From Octopus bimaculoides (taxonomy: Eukaryota), in contig NC_068989.1 of assembly GCF_001194135.2 (NCBI RefSeq), positions 57,654,528-57,705,094 of the forward strand: 50,567 nucleotides of DNA, read 5' to 3'. The notes under the pieces are model-generated. The model had not been told where the DNA came from, searched no databases, and saw only the letters and a list, made by a program, of their open reading frames with translations. Of the stretch, positions 48,101 to 50,567 are shown piece by piece. Position 1 is the stretch's first letter. Each line of letters opens with the position of its first letter. The position numbers and the translations under genes were made by a program.

Positions 48101-49191
48101 AATTTGACTTATTTAACATAGTCACAACCCCACAGAGACAAAATATTTACACTGATTCTGCTGCTATTCAGTTGGCACAATGAATCTACCAAATAGTTTA
48201 TATCGTGTCAGAACAAATAGAATTTAGAAGACAGTAGAGTTTATAGTAGGAGGAAGGAATATTTGAAACCAGTGACCCAGTTACCTATACTTCAAAACGA
48301 TATATGGTATATCCTGTTAAGAACATAGTAGAATACAATATAAAGTTCGTCCACCTTCAGATTTCACCCTGTGCTATCCAGTAGAAGTATTAGACATACT
48401 TCCAGGCTTGTGTTTGGGCATCTGTCATGTATGAATAGATAATTGAAAAACTTTGAGGTCAACAAGAAGGAGTACAGTTGGACATTTATTTTTCAATCAC
48501 TACAATTGTTTCTACGCAACGTAGTTCTCCAGGCATGCGGGTACTTTATTATGCAACCGTCTCCCTGCACTATGAGATCTTGTTGTGTTTCCTCATGTGA
48601 TGTGTAAATATTGTCTCCTTAAGTTCAAATTTTCAGCTTCTCTGTCGTGGCCTGAATTTAGTTGTAGCCATTGAGTTTATCAGGTTTGTTGTTGCTGAAG
48701 GACCATTGGCAAACTGCTTTGAATGTGTAGATGTAATGGGATGGTGATTCTGCTACTGTTAAAGTGGTTGCCATTTTAAAGGGATTGGTATTTGATTTCT
48801 TTATACTGTTGATTTGTTCTTCATGGTTGGTTACACATGCAATTGTCCTTAGCTGACCTTTAAGAGTTGGCCTATACATACACACGCATGGTCGTTCACA
48901 TATACATCCATATACATACTAACGCTCGGACACATACACACATATATATGCATTTGTATGTGTGTGTGTGTGTGTGCCTGTGTGTCTGTGTGTCTGTATC
49001 TGTGCCTGTGTCTGTGTTTGTCGCCCACCACTGTTTGACAACCAGTGCTGGTGTGTTTATGCCCCCATAACTTAGCAGTTCAGCAAAAGTGACTGACAGA
49101 ATAAGTACAGGGATTTTTTAAAAAATAAATACTGTAGTCAATTCATTCAAATAAAAATTCTTCAAGGTGGTGCCCCAGTACGGCTGCAGCC

Positions 49192-49234
<43 letters not shown>

Positions 49235-50166
49235 CTTGGTGACACAACAATTATGATGATGAAATAATGAAATATGCATATATATTTACTAATACACATA
49301 TGGTATTCAACATATGTATATTATGAAATCTACGTGTGTTAAATAATTTAATTGTTGAAACACTATTGTTTGTTTCTTTAGAAAGTTTAGTGTCATTCAT
49401 ATTTGCTTTATATTCTATTATGTACTTTTTTATTATTTAACAAGCCTCAATTTGCATTGTGCATATTGTTGTGTTCTTTTGAGTTTTTGACAAATGTAAA
49501 GAACCATCAAATCATTTGTACAATATTTTGTTCTGGAGAAGAAAGGCAAAAAAAGGAAAAAGAAAATAATGAACTAAATGATGTCACCTTTCCATGATAC
49601 AAATAATATGTACATCCTTTTTTTAATATATCCCTATTTCAAGGTGGTGAGCAGAATTGTTAGCACACCAGGCAAAATGTTTAGTGGCACTTTGTCTGTC
49701 TTTATGTTCTGAGTTCAAATTCCACTGAGGTCAACTTTATCTTTCAAAATTGATAGAATAAATGCCAGTTGAGTTCTGAGGTTGATTTAATTGACTTAGA
49801 CCCTACCCCAAAACTGCTGGCCTTGTGCCAGAATTTGAAACCAATATATCCTTATATCACATCAAGAAATATACTGAGGTCAGTGCTGAAAAATGCCAAC
49901 ATACTGCCCACTGCTCTACCAAAGTAATAATTTTAGGAAAACTCTTGTGAACAATGTAGCGTGTAGCAAGTCACAAATCTATTTTAATTCCCTACTGAAG
50001 CAAATTCAACATCATGAGCAAACAAAATCTTTTAACAACTGCTTCATCCATTTCTAAACCAGTCTTGTCAAATGCAATTACTAAATTTCTACATAAAAAT
50101 GAGTTGAAAAAATACTGAGACTGCTAGATATGAAAATAGAATATCAGTTAATTACTTTATTTAAAA

Positions 50167-50195
50167 CTAGCAAAAATACCCGGCTTTGCCCGGGT
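50167..50195 (-). mobile_element. Canonical Helitron 3' terminus (element extends to the right)
   Basis: Minus strand ACCCGG-GCAAAG-CCGGGT hairpin, 7-nt spacer, then CTAG followed by T. Confidence 0.7.
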
Positions 50196-50567
50196 TAAAG
50201 AGAATAATGAAATCTAAAAACGCTGTCTAGACTACGCAACCCTCAACTGTTAGTAGCTACGATACCATATTTCTACCTTAATAACTCTCCAATCCATGCC
50301 AGCATGGAACATAGACATTAAGTGGAATGCTAGAAGAAAGTTTTCAACTCATATCTATATAAAGTAAATACACGTAATTCAGAAACACGTTTTGTGTATT
50401 TTATTTCGTAACCAAACAAATAGGTACAGATTATAAATAATGAAAGGCCAATTTTGGTGATTCATTTGACAGAGGTAGTAGAGAGACAATGCGATGATAA
50501 ATCTGAGGTTGGATCTTGAAAGTTTGGATGAATGCTGCCTCAGTTAAATCTCTTGTGGTTCCAAATG

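Noticed and set aside
48560-48860. Faint resemblance to a Penelope GIY-YIG C-terminus on the minus strand
   Set aside because: Diagnostic Cys/His residues not recoverable; needs an HMM search
1-50567. CRISPR array, rRNA or prokaryotic defence system
   Set aside because: No equal-length repeat-spacer arrays, rRNA motifs or operon-like gene density; the window is eukaryotic repeat-rich DNA

Overview
AT-rich, microsatellite-dense eukaryotic genomic DNA from a gapped short-read assembly; there are about 12 N-runs, many of them at microsatellites. The SINE families and intron-bearing tRNA-Lys(UUU) genes point to an octopus/cephalopod genome (inference). Nearly all short ORFs in the track are microsatellite or gap artefacts. 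Supported content: (1) one real-looking protein gene on the minus strand (32314-33942, 542 aa, no recognisable family) with twelve 9-aa tandem repeats, four H[K/R]NC[F/I]P motifs and a probable 11-nt upstream coding micro-exon; (2) six intron-containing tRNA-Lys(UUU) genes/pseudogenes, five in a rearranged duplicated cassette at 21-26 kb and one near-intact copy at 45 kb; (3) a complete type I hammerhead ribozyme fold on the minus strand (29416-29536) with an unusually long helix II, plus a degenerate minimal hammerhead-like motif about 750 bp away; (4) many decayed transposons: mariner, hAT, Merlin, Helitron, two related solo LTRs with 4-bp TSDs, LINEs (CR1/Jockey-like, RTE, RTE-BovB-like, Tx1/L1, R4-like) and many SINEs; (5) assembly artefacts (a false 480-bp duplication and a spurious gap). 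No CRISPR or prokaryotic features. No host-gene exons could be identified with confidence. SINE and LINE boundaries are approximate, and family names come from motif recognition, not database searches.
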